This document shows, piece by piece, positions 49,318 to 61,111 of a DNA stretch of 64,000 nucleotides. The notes beneath the pieces were generated by a model. The model saw nothing but the letters and a program-made list of their open reading frames with translations, searched no databases and was not told the DNA's origin. The stretch spans positions 1-64,000 of the forward strand of contig JBEWZL010000089.1 in assembly GCA_045837725.1 (NCBI GenBank), written 5' to 3'. Source of the DNA: Vermamoeba vermiformis (Eukaryota). The number at the start of each line of letters is the position of its first letter. Position 1 is the first letter of the stretch. Both the position numbers and the translations under genes were made by a program.

Positions 49318-51796
49318 ATGAGTGAACAAAAAGAACACAATAACTGCTGCCATTACTGCAGAATATCGAGGTAATTATTAACTAAATCACAGTGGTGTTA
49401 TACCTTAAATTACAATGATAGATCCGTGTAGAGGGTAGTTTGGTGATGACAGGTTTAATAACTTTTCGGATTGATCGAAGCTTTCTGACCCTTTTTTAAT
49501 TATTAGAAACCGAAAGAGAAAAAAGTTCGTTCCCTATTTGCCTTGCAAGTTCTGCCCTAACGTAGGTTATAACAAAATCCGAAATTAATTAAATCCGGCG
49601 GACCGCGGTTTTTCTGCGACTGGATTTGGTTGTAAACTGTTTTGACTGATCTATGATTTTAAATAATCAGGTTTTCTGCTACAACTGCGTGGTGAATCAC
49701 TTGCATCTCAATTTCGAAGAGACACTGAACGATCCAACATTTAAATGTTTGCCCTGTCATGAAAAGTGTTGCTGCTGCAAGACAGAGTGCACCATCAATC
49801 ACCGCCACTGCTTCACTTATATCCGCACTAAGAAGAGATACGAGAAAGCAAGACAATGGAAAGAAAAGAACCGCGGTGAAGGCGATGACGGAGGTTCTAA
49901 TTCAGATGAGGACGAAGATGGCGATCTGTCTTCAGGACCAATCGGAGCTATGGGCGTAGGTCCTGTAAGTGACTTTGCATTTTATAATATCATGCGATAT
50001 AGACATTGATACTAAGGGGCTGAGAAACATTTTGTTTTTTCGCTTTCGGTTTTTTTGTGATTGACACGACTTGACAGTGTAGTTGATCCGATGTTTTGCA
50101 ATTGAATATACCGTTCCTTCTTTACTTTACGGATAATATTAATTAATCTTATCCTTTGTTTCCATGGAATTGGCCCTAATTTTCTTTGATTGCAGATAAC
50201 CACCAACAACGGCTTTTCGGCTTTCAGCCCGCAATCCGCCAACAAATTCAATGTTAACGGCGCTTCTTATGCCAATCCGATGTTGCCTGGCCCCAATCCT
50301 GACTTTTACAGCCCAACACGACCCTTGGGAATGCCGCTGCCAAACAACAATCCTAACATGCCGCCTAATGCCCCGATGTTTTATCGCGGCCCGAACGATC
50401 CATCTCTCGGTCAGCCAATGAATATGAGGTACGCAGGGTAATTTCCACCGATAATTACTTAACTTTACCATCCTCGGAATATTATGACACACTTTGCTTG
50501 CAATCTCTAATTGTGATTTTGAATCAAACAGGAGTCCCAATTCCTTTAATTACGGTGCTCCTAATGGCGGTATGCCTATGAACGGCAGTCCATTCGTGCC
50601 CGCCATCCCCAACAGCGTGCCCATGCCGAATGTCAATGGCTCGCCCAACACGCAGCCCAAAAATCCCAACAATCAGCTGAGTTCACCGCCGCAGCTTTAT
50701 AATGTGTGTAACGTGTGCTCCGTGGCGTTTCAAAATTGTACTAACATGAGACATATTTAGCCGGCACAAGGAGGTGGTTTCATGCCTTTCAGAAGACCCA
50801 TCAGTCAAACAGGATTTGACGAAGATCCCTCACCCAAACGTCTCAAAACTTCACACAACGGCAGCCCGAGTAGCAATGCTTGGCCACCACTTGTTTCGAA
50901 CATGGGAGAGTCTCATAGGTAAGCACTACTGTTCGGTATTCCGCATCTGTCTAGAAATCGACGGGAAATCTCGTAGATTTAAATTTTCATTTAAATTTAC
51001 TTAATTTGCCGTAATAACCCTCCGACGAGGTATTATCCGACCAGTAGCGGTTGTTTAATTACATCGTTCCTCTGATTTCGATCGGTTTAAGCGAGATCTT
51101 GTCGCGAGTCATTGCGTTGTGAAATCGAGCACAAAAGTTTATTGTTTGCAACTATTTAATCACACAATTTATTCTTATAGCAATGGCAATGGTCAAGGAG
51201 GTCTAATGATGCCGCCAATGTCCAACAATCCCAACAATCCCAACTTGCCGTACTTCCCGTTCCCAGGTGCCCCATTCATGAACGGACCAATGAACGGTCT
51301 CGGTGGCGGTCAAGCACAGAACAGCGGTGCCAACATCAAGTCTGACGGTGGTTCACCAGCCAACGAGAATCACGGCAATGGCTCACCTCAACTGCCAAAA
51401 CCAACGCGTCAGAATGACGCACAAAACACACCGCCCACTCAGCGCGAAGAGCTCGGCGCGTACAGATATCAGTCGATGAACCCCAACTTGCCGCCCACAC
51501 ACTTGCCGTTCTTTGGCCGTCCTTGGGATGATCACCCGACCAAGGAACAGAGCAATGGCTCGCTGTCACTGTCAGGCATATTGCACAACTCGACTGGCTC
51601 GACATCAAGTGCTGGTGAGGGCTCAGGTCCGGGCAACAAAGACAGCAAGAGCGAGATGAATGGCCACCATCCCATGATGAACGGTCACAGCTTCAGCGCG
51701 CAGTCACATCTGGCGCACCACAACGAGCTGAATGAAGCTCAGAACGGCAAAGCTAATGCACACGAAGGTCTGCACGGCGAGTTGACTGCGCTGTAA
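49318..51796 (+). CDS. Cys-rich zinc-finger (zf-4CXXC_R1-like) protein with a long N/P/G/M low-complexity tail; likely transcription regulator
   Basis: CCHYCR, CKFC..FCYNC, FKCLPCHEKCCC. Confidence 0.7.
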
Positions 51797-52305
51797 TCGT
51801 GTGCTGGCGGATTGTTTCTGCGCCATCACGTGCTCATGCAGCCGCAATGCCGTTCAGTGCAATTTTGCCACCTCACCTCAACACTCTTGCGAACACTAAA
51901 TTTTGTACAAAATAACGACTTAGATGATAGCACTCACCCTCTCACCCTCGACACCCCCACTCACTGCCTCAATAATAACTCAATATATATTGTGTAATAC
52001 TTCACCGCACAACCCTTCTCTCGCCCTACTCACTCGTCAAACAATAAAACCAATTTGCCATCAAGTTTGCGATGTTAGTTGATTTTAGTTGCTTGTGAGC
52101 GATTGTTCCGAGGTGAAAATTCGCTTTCATTCTGAAGAACAAAATTTACGCAAAGATTCACTGCCTTGTTTGGAAGAGACATGTGTGACACTTTTGGTTC
52201 ACTGAAAACGTACGGACTGTGGGAATATTACTTAATTGCATATCTGCAGGGATTCTGGTACGATTTCGAATCATTTATGATACAACAATGTGATATAATA
52301 CAACG

Positions 52306-52989
52306 TTAAACTCCTTGGCTGGGCGTATTTACATTCGAATCTGGATTCGCTGGTGTTCCCGCTGCAGAGCCAATACCGATGCCTTGCAGCAGTGGGTTAG
52401 GAGTGCTTTGTGCGGATGTATTGGGTAGTCTATTGACTGTGTTCGGTGATGTTGGTGTCAAATCCGGATTTTTCAGCGCGGATTGTTGGAGTTGCTTTAA
52501 TCTGTTCAAACTGTCTTCCCATTCCACAATCTTCGACTGGTACTTGTCAATAAGTTGATCTTTTGATTTACATTCTTGCTTCAAATCTTCAATTTCCTAA
52601 ACGCGTGTCAGATCCAAAAAAATATCTGACCCAGATCCAGATCACTTACTTTCTCAAGATTTTCGCTCGATTGATTCTGTTTGATAACGATGTATGTTTC
52701 CAATTGCTTTGCAGTGGTCAAGAATCCGTTAATATGCTTGGAGATCTCTGCAATGTAAAATATTACAAAAATATTTATAATTTTAATAGAAACGCGCTGA
52801 ATTAATTGTTCGAACCAAATCTCGATTGAAATAATTATTACGAGATTTATGCAATATCTTCGCAGCCTTTGTTGCGGCCTAGAACGTACCGTCTTTAGGG
52901 ATCGTCGTATTCTCTTGTGTGTCTTCAGTCTTAGCCATAAAATCAATGCAATCAAATAGCTCTTTATGCAGCTTATTTAATAGTTCCAT
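52306..52989 (-). CDS. MED28: Mediator subunit 28-like, 3 exons
   Basis: FLTTAKQLETY..EIEDLKQECKSKDQLIDKYQSKIVEWEDSL. Confidence 0.7.
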
Positions 52990-53080
52990 AGCGTGATTAG
53001 CTGCACTGTGCTCGTTGTTGATTGACCAAAGTAAAAATGAAAAATAATTATTATTATTATCTCTTATTGACAAGCACACC

Positions 53081-53787
53081 ATGTCCCACGGTCACGGTCA
53101 CGGTCATACTAAATTATTTAAAGGTAATTATTTGCAACGAGAGGATCCACCGTAATGCAAGCACGCAACACCAACCAAAAATATCAGCTGCAGTCCAGAC
53201 GTTATAATTATGTTATAAATATTTATTTTATCAACAATAATCGATACGATAATATTGTAGAAATATTTATTCATCAGAACACGTTCAGAAATGAAATATA
53301 AAAATTAATAGATTTGGATTTACGTTCAAATCGTCCAATTAATTATTCTCTCGCGCCAATCTAACCAATATACAATAATTGTTATAAATATATTTTTTAA
53401 ATGGATGACAGTTCATTATAATTCAATTATTTATGCCATCTGTCTAACTCGCATATTTTTGTCAGATCCTTCAACAATCCCCGAAGAGGACTTGAAGTAC
53501 GTGCCCCTCGACCTGCGCAACGAATGTGCGCACTTGTTGCTGCGATTGGAGAAGTGCCGCGAAGAGAGCTTTTATCTGCCGTGGAAATGTGGCGGCAAGA
53601 AACACACTTATGATCACTGCATGCAGGCCGTGTAAGTCGCTCTAGTCTCGTTATATATACACCCCTCGGCACTGGCTATAGCACAGAGTATATGATGCAA
53701 GTCGTAGTATTAATGGCGGGTCTATTTAGGTTTGCTAAGAGATTCAAGGCGAATATGCGACCAGAAGAGCGAGCAAAATACGAATAA
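53081..53787 (+). CDS. NDUFB7: Complex I subunit NDUFB7 (B18), 3 exons
   Basis: VPLDLRNECAHLLLRLEKCR..YLPWKC..HTYDHC twin CX9C. Confidence 0.92.
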
Positions 53788-54024
53788 GAAATTAATAGGA
53801 CGTTAAATATATAGAGCATAGACTTCGTTACAGGGGTGTATACTTTGTTAATTTTTATAATTATTTTCGGCGCTATTCAACCTGTGAAAGTAGATCCACA
53901 GCTGTACAAAAAAAACACGATTAAAAACCCAAAATTCATAATACTACGTTCTCTATAATAGAATGCACGCTAAACATACTGTTGGAATTACTATTTACAA
54001 CTTAAAACAAGTGACGCTACAGCG

Positions 54025-55322
54025 CTATTTTAATCGCTGATCCAAGCACAGCGTCAGTTCGTCGAATCGTTTGCGAGAGGCGACGAGTTTGAGATTAGAG
54101 ATCTCGACCAGTGTTTGCACGTATTTCTCGTCCACGAGCAGCTTTCCATTGATGGCCAGCAGTGTCTCAACGCGGTGCGTGTCCACGAGTGTCACCATCA
54201 CTTTGCCGTCATTGCCCAGTGAGCGTATGGCACAGTTCTTCAAGTGATTGGCTCTGCATGGTAGAGGTGAGGGGCTGTATTAAGTGAGTGGTCAGTTAAC
54301 TCACCTCGCGTGATTCAACAGCAGTGCTGCGGACTGGATGTCACGTGCACGAATGGCAACGATTGGGGGCTCCATTTTGAACCAGATCTACAAAGTGGTC
54401 AGCCATCGATATTAACATAATATATTGAACGGTATCATAGGTCTCGGCCTTGATTATTACCTCAGTCTCTTCGTCCTCAATTCGTTCACCCAATGGATTT
54501 TTCTTTGCTTCAACTGACTGCTGGTCATCGGTTTGGTTTTGAGTCGTGTTATTGTTATTATTGCTCTCGGTATTTACATTGGTATTGCTGTTATTCAGTT
54601 CGTTAATTCTTTTCATTAGAGCGGCATACAATTCGTGATAGCTCAAATTGTCTTCGTGCGTCAAGTAGATCCATTCGACATTTAATTTCTCTTTGCCTGT
54701 AACTTCGTTCTTACTACTCTTTTGTAATACTACTATTATTCGGCCAGCACAGCTTGATGTCGTATAGTAATCGTGTTTCTTATTAATTGTCTCTGCACAT
54801 TATTGGTCAGATCTAAGGATTATCGGGAAGTGGGATTACCATTCAGTACTTACCAACAAAGTCAGCTATTTGCGGATCCAATCCACCAGCTCTAGACCTG
54901 TCGTTTTGTTGCTCTTCCAATTCCTTAGTAAGCTTTTGTTTGTCAGCGTCGAAGTTTGGATCTGCTTTCCACTCCTCTTTTGGTTTCTGTTCCTTCGGTT
55001 CCTAAATATTTTTTTCAATTAATAAATTATGATATAATATTATCGGGTCATCTTGACGAGCTTTAACGCTTAAGGTAGATTATTTACGCAATTTTTTTAT
55101 GAATATTTATTTGGATCTCAAACTAAGTTCCTCTGTATAATTTTTTACCTTTTGTTTTTTCTTTTTAGGCCGCTTTTGACCTCTTCTATATACAGTGTCG
55201 CTGTCATTATGCAGATCTGATCGAGCTTTGGTTTTGTTAGTTGCTGCATCGTCTACTTTATTGTCAGTAGTATTTATATCATCGTCAATATCAACATTGA
55301 AATTAAATGTATCTTCTTCCAT
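54025..55322 (-). CDS. TYW3: tRNA wybutosine-synthesizing methyltransferase TYW3, multi-exon
   Basis: DRSRAGGLDPQI, YYTTSSCAGRI, WIYLTH, WFKMEPPI. Confidence 0.9.
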
Positions 55323-55422
55323 GGTGTTTGCTTGTGTTATTTAAATTGGTGAGATCGCACAAAAAGAACTGAGCTTAAGCCCCAAACTACCCTACTTTTC
55401 AACCATTTATAGTGTTACTAAT

Positions 55423-57098
55423 CTACAGCTTAGCCTTTGGCTCTTTAGTGGTCTTTTTATTTATATTCGCGCTATCCGCGTTGAAATCGAATTGACCGCC
55501 ACGCCCTTTCTTGTCGAAGATGAATGCTTTGGCTCCTTCAGCTTGTAATGCTACAAGAAAGGTGTTAGCGACAATTATCACGTGACACTAGTGACTACGT
55601 ACTGGGCACTGCAAAGTTGAATTCTTCTTTGAGACCCAGCAACAGCGGTGTTCCTGTCATTCTCATGGCAGCATAGGCGTTGTATCGATCAGCACGGAGA
55701 CATTCCTAGTGCATATGAGAGGAGTGGCACAAATGTTAAATTTTTTTTTGAGATACGTACTTGTGGGAACTGTGACAGAACTCGAGCAATGTTCAGTGCT
55801 TCGGCGAGGCTCTATAAGCATTCATTGTAAGGGCACTACTGTCGCACACAAGTGACACTTTGACACGTTACCTGACCGTCAGCCACCACTCTGTTTGCAA
55901 AGCCAATGGCTAGTGCTTCCTGTGACACGGGTCAGTAACGCATTTTTAGCTAACAGTAAGTACGCACCTCAGCATTCACTGCACGACCAGTCAATATCAG
56001 GTCCTGTCACGCATTAGTAACGATGATTTGACAGCGTGGAGTCGAACGACGTACCAGAGCACGTGACAAGCCAATCAGGCGCGGCAGTCGGAATGTTCCG
56101 CCGTCAATCAGTGGCACGCCCCATCGTCTGCAAAACACTCCCACTGAGGCACTTTGTTCCACTGAGAACGATTAGCATTAGGGGTCGGATGTTGACAGGT
56201 GTCATAATCAAAGGTGTTATTTACTTACTGACTCGAATATCACTCCACGCAGCAATTTCAATACCACCCTATATTAACAGTAAAGATGATGCTAGAGCTA
56301 GATATCTTATTGACGTACTGCCACGGCAAATCCAGAAATAGCTGCAATGACTGGTTTGGTCAAGAACATTCTATCAGTGCCATTGTTTAGTGTAGCTCAA
56401 TGGCGAATGGAATGCATGCGCGAATGTCATACCTTGATACACCTAATGGCGCTGTATTGTCGAATATTGCCTGTTTGGAGTAGTCGTATTCAACTGGCTT
56501 GTTCTGTTCTTCGGATAATACGACCGGCGCCAGTTGATTAATGCTTAAATGTTTAATGCGTTAATCAGCGATCCATATAGTAGTTATGTTGGGCTTATTA
56601 CTTTTCTCCATCGTTCGTGGCAACGCTTCGGAGATCTGCACCGGCGCAAAAATTTCCTCCTGGTCATGAATGGTTAAAATTTCAACTCAAATAAGACCTG
56701 TGCATATTATATTACCTGTTCCTGTCAATACCGCGACTCTGGCTTCGGGATCTTTCTCGAATTGTTCAAAAGCCTTACCTGTAATTTTAACATTCATTGA
56801 TAATTCATTCGTTATATTTTATCATTTAATTGTGCCTTACTTAATGCGTCGGCTGTTTTTCTGTTAATAGCGTTCCTTTTGAGTGAGAAGTGTCAGATCT
56901 AATTTTTTGGCGGACATTGTGATAGTATTTAGAGGCAAAGACGCAGATATTGAGTATTCAAAGACATGAAAAGTGCATAATTTCATAACGAAGGTATAAT
57001 ACACATTGGGGCTGATATTGTTACCTCACATCTGGTCGTGTGATCGAAATTATCCAAATAAACTGATCCTCTTTTTTAATATCCACCAAATCTTCCAT
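55423..57098 (-). CDS. Enoyl-CoA hydratase/crotonase family protein with C-terminal PTS1 (-AKL), many short exons
   Basis: FCAGADL, AISGFAVAGG, RRWGVPLIDGGTFRLPRLIGLSRALDLILTGR; ends ...PKAKL*. Confidence 0.9.
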
Positions 57099-57394
57099 TT
57101 TTGAGTCTCTATGTTGTGTTCGTCACGAAAGAAATACAAAAATACAATCGATTTGCTCACACGGAATAAAAAAAGTCACCGAGACACGTGCTCTGATCCT
57201 TAACACCAATTTTTCTGGTGGAATATCAATTAAGCAATCCAACTAAAGCGACGGTTGGTGACTGTATGAAGAAAGTGATTTGGTGCTGGCTCTGGCTCTA
57301 GATCACACATTTTTTTCATGAGCAGATCAGTAACTCAGCAGTTACTTTTAATTGCAGCAGTTTATATATTACATCGTTATTATCGTTATCCTAT

Positions 57395-58429
57395 TCACAC
57401 ATTATTTGAGCCCTCTGAGCCGTTCTCCAAAGTGATGCGATTGTTTCCGATCACTTTGTCACTCAAGAACTCCTCGTAGAAGTCGAGGTCCTTGATCGAG
57501 TCCAAATAACTCACTTTGTTGCGTCCATCGCGCGGATTGATGCGTTTGATGAGCACTTCTTTGCGCCAAAACAAGTAGTTGAATTCGTGCGACACACTCG
57601 TCATGTCTTTGTACTGGATCAGCACTTGCGTACCGAATCCGCCGGGCGAGATAATCAATCGCGAGTCTGTAAAAGCCACAAATCTAGTATATAATATGAT
57701 TAATACATTATTGCTACGCTACGTAAGTGTTAAAAAAACATTCGTTACTGAGCAGATCCAGCAGCAGAGAAATTGTTGCAAAGATTGCGGCAATTCATGG
57801 AATGATTTTTGAGAATTGATTCTTACCCTTGCTTGTTCTTAAATAGACTATATATACAAACTCCTAGTGTGAGCGGAAATGTAGCAAACAATACGAAGAG
57901 ATTGCCGCCAATAGTGATCTGCTCTTGTAGAAGCAAAAATATGAGCACTGAGAACGCAGCTGTGCCTATCAGCGATGCCACGAGTGTTGCGCCATTGCCT
58001 ATATTATAGAGACTAATGTTTAGAGAATGGGGCGTTCGAATTCTGATAGATCTGGAAAATTACCGATACTTTTTCGGTAAGAATTGTATAAATTATTTTT
58101 AATTTTTATGCGCTGCGTTATATCGCGTATTATTTAATTAATAAGTTGTAGCGCTTTTACCTATTCAATTAATTTTCAATTTAACGCAAATTTCGATTTA
58201 ATCATTGGCTCATACGGTATGAATAATACTTACTGGGCCAGAACAAAGGGCGTTCGAGATGCACTATATTTTCATCTTTTTGCAGTAATTTCAGTAATTT
58301 GCCTTGAGCTGTTGGCGGCAAAGAGTTGATCAGACTCAACGTCTTAGCAGCACTTGATTGGTGACTAGGTTCATCGAATAGACTAGAACTGGATGGTCGT
58401 GATAGAGGACTATATACACTATCAGCCAT
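57395..58429 (-). CDS. Hypothetical membrane protein with a C-terminal PH-like region
   Basis: Several hydrophobic segments in 57750-58010; AFTDSRLII followed by a beta-rich tail. Confidence 0.6.
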
Positions 58430-58536
58430 TTCTGTTGTGTATTTCAATCGTGCTAAAAATTAATTATTTGTTAACGATTTTTGTGACGAGCTAACACTCG
58501 TGCCGAATATTGAATTTAATATCAAAATAGTTCAGT

Positions 58537-59390
58537 ATGACTGATAAATACGACGAAGACTGGCAGGCGAACTTGTACAACTCTCTTAAGTCAGGTAGGT
58601 GTGCGATCGAGATCCGATCGCGTCAACGAAATTGAGCTGAATTAATTTTCAAAATTACCAGTTAAATTTTATAAAATCACATTACACGAGATCAAGAAGA
58701 ATAATGATACGGATCACGTTATTAATTTTTTGTTTTTAACGCTATCTTTACACCGTGCTTATCAGTATATTAATCGATCGTTATTAATGCGTTGATTAGG
58801 TGGTCCTAAGGGTCGCCGCGGAGGATTAGGTTTCGGTGGCGGAGCAGGAACAGATGTGGACGAGTGGGATCAGAGCGGTGCTGAACCACGAGCCGCACCA
58901 GCCGATGCTCATTATAAATTCGCTCCTGCACCAAAAAAAACTCCTGCCGCACCTGGTGCCAAGAAAGGTACATTAGGCCAATATCTCACACTCGGTGGTA
59001 ATATTAATGAGGAATCTTAGGATTTATTTCGTTTCATAAAGCCGGTGAAGGACCACCACCAGAGTAAGATAGCAACATTTTAATATAACGGTAGCTAATT
59101 TATACAGGCCTGAGCCCGAAGAGTCCAAACAGCGCGTTGTTTTCGACTCGTCAGACGAATCATCAATGTCATCGAGCGAAGAGAAGAAATTGAAGAAAAA
59201 AGAAAAGAAAGAGAAGAAAAAGAAAGAGAAGAAGGAGAAGAAAGAGAAGAGAAAAGAGAAAAAGAAAAAGGAGAAGAAACATAAGAAAGAAAAGAAAGAG
59301 AAGAAGAAGGACAAAAAGAAACGAAAGCGAGAAGAGCGCGATGACAGCGACGAAGAACAACCAGAAACAAAGAAACAAAAGACCGAATAG
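58537..59390 (+). CDS. Small Lys/Glu-rich protein with a GLGF motif (possibly nucleolar), 4 exons
   Basis: MTDKYDEDWQANLYNS.. / RGGLGFGG / KKEK-repeat tail. Confidence 0.7.
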
Positions 59391-59509
59391 GACTTGTTCA
59401 TATGAATACAAGGTGATGTAAGTAAAATCGAACGATTATTTGTAACGCTTAATGTTTTATATTATTTTCAATTACAATTGCTGCATAACAATGACTACTG
59501 CTTCGGTCT

Positions 59510-60944
59510 TTATTGTGAGACCCAACCACCGTCAACATTCAAAGCGACACCTGTGCGTGCATTAGACTATAAGCAGATATGATATTCAAGTGACACGTAC
59601 CAGTGATTTGATTGGACGACGGCAAGCAGAAGAACAAGACACTTTGCGCCAAGTCCTCAACACTCACGAACTGCTTGGAGGGCTGTTTCTCTTTCAACAA
59701 CTCAACGGCTGCTTGTTCGATGGTCAAGCCCGTGTGGCCAAATGACAGTTAGTTGACACGTGTCATTTCGAGACTTATTAAACTTACGTGCTCCTTGGCC
59801 TTGGCTTCAATTTGCTTCTCAACGAGAGGTGTGCGGACCCAACCAGGGCACACGCTGTTGATGGTCACACCAGTGCCGGCTGTTTCGAGGGCCACCTTTT
59901 GAACTATCGTCAGGACTAATGGGCTAGTCATGATAACAATTGATTGCTACTTACGACTTTAGTGAAGCCAACTAGTCATCGAATAAGAGTGAATTAGTAA
60001 GGGCTGATAGATACTGAGTGTGCATCAGACGTACCAACACCGTGCTTAGCAGCGACGTACGCAGACTTGTTCGCAGAGCCCACGAGACCGTGCACTGACG
60101 CAATGTTAACGATGCGACCGAAGCCTTGTTTCTTCATGTGCGGCAAGAGGGCCTTGGTGCCGTGAAAGACTGACGAGAGATTGATGGCCATGATGTCTTC
60201 CCACTTGTCCTCTGCACTCAGTCGTTAGAACACATGTTGCAATACCATTGAGGGACTGAATACAGACCTGGGAACTGATCGACAGGGGCCACGTGTTGAA
60301 TGCCCGCGTTATTCACCAAGATATCGACTTTGTTGCCCGAGTTTTGCAGCGCGAATGCAGCCAAGTCACGAATTTCATTGGCATTGCGGAGATTGGCGCC
60401 GTGATAGAACACTTTGACTTTGTACTCATTGGCCAGCTAGCATTACCAAAAATAGAAAATTTAGTATTAAATTCTTATGGACGAGACATCATGAACGGAA
60501 TGCGCTGTATATATAATATATATTACCTGGTCTTGCAGCTTCTTAATCTCAGCTTGATCACCAAAACCGTTCAATACGACGTTACAACCCTAAATTGAAG
60601 TCAGATCCTGCCATTTGGTTACAACCAAATAAATATGACTTACTTGGCTAGCAAGTGCCTTGGCGATGCCTTGGATAATACATAACTGTTAGTATATTCG
60701 GCGACAATTTATTTATTTTTAAAATACCTAATCCAATGCCGCTTGTAGAGCCAGTAACAATTCCGGTTTTGCCCTCTAAGAATCTATTCGATAAATTTAT
60801 TATTAGTCAACAATATTTGAGCGAATCTATTCCGTTCTATTACCTCTTAGTGCCGAACAAAGTTCTTTTCGTTGACACGGGATGTGACGTTTTTGACACG
60901 ATAGAGAGGAGAGTTCTCGAACCGGCAATTGATCTATTGAACAT
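59510..60944 (-). CDS. D-3-hydroxybutyrate dehydrogenase (bacterial BdhA-type SDR) with mitochondrial presequence, multi-exon
   Basis: VTGSTSGIG, NNAGIQHVAPVDQFP, ASVHGLV..KSAYVAAKHG, CPGWVRTPLVEKQI. Confidence 0.92.
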
Positions 60945-61111
60945 GGTGTGTGTGTAGTATAATCGAAGTGAGATATGAATTGTTTTTTCGGTCTAAATTT
61001 GATGACAGGCAAAACCACGTGCTTATTTTGTGTCCTTTCATGATCACGAGATTTACCTTTTAATTAGCCTAATAATAATGATACATAATACCACACTTGC
61101 ATAGTATCAGT

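Noticed and set aside
46583-55322. TYW3 located near its substrate tRNA-Phe
   Set aside because: Separated by ~7 kb and several unrelated genes; most likely coincidence
59176-59330. Long purine-rich tract and antisense Phe/Ser ORF
   Set aside because: Explained by the KKEK low-complexity tail
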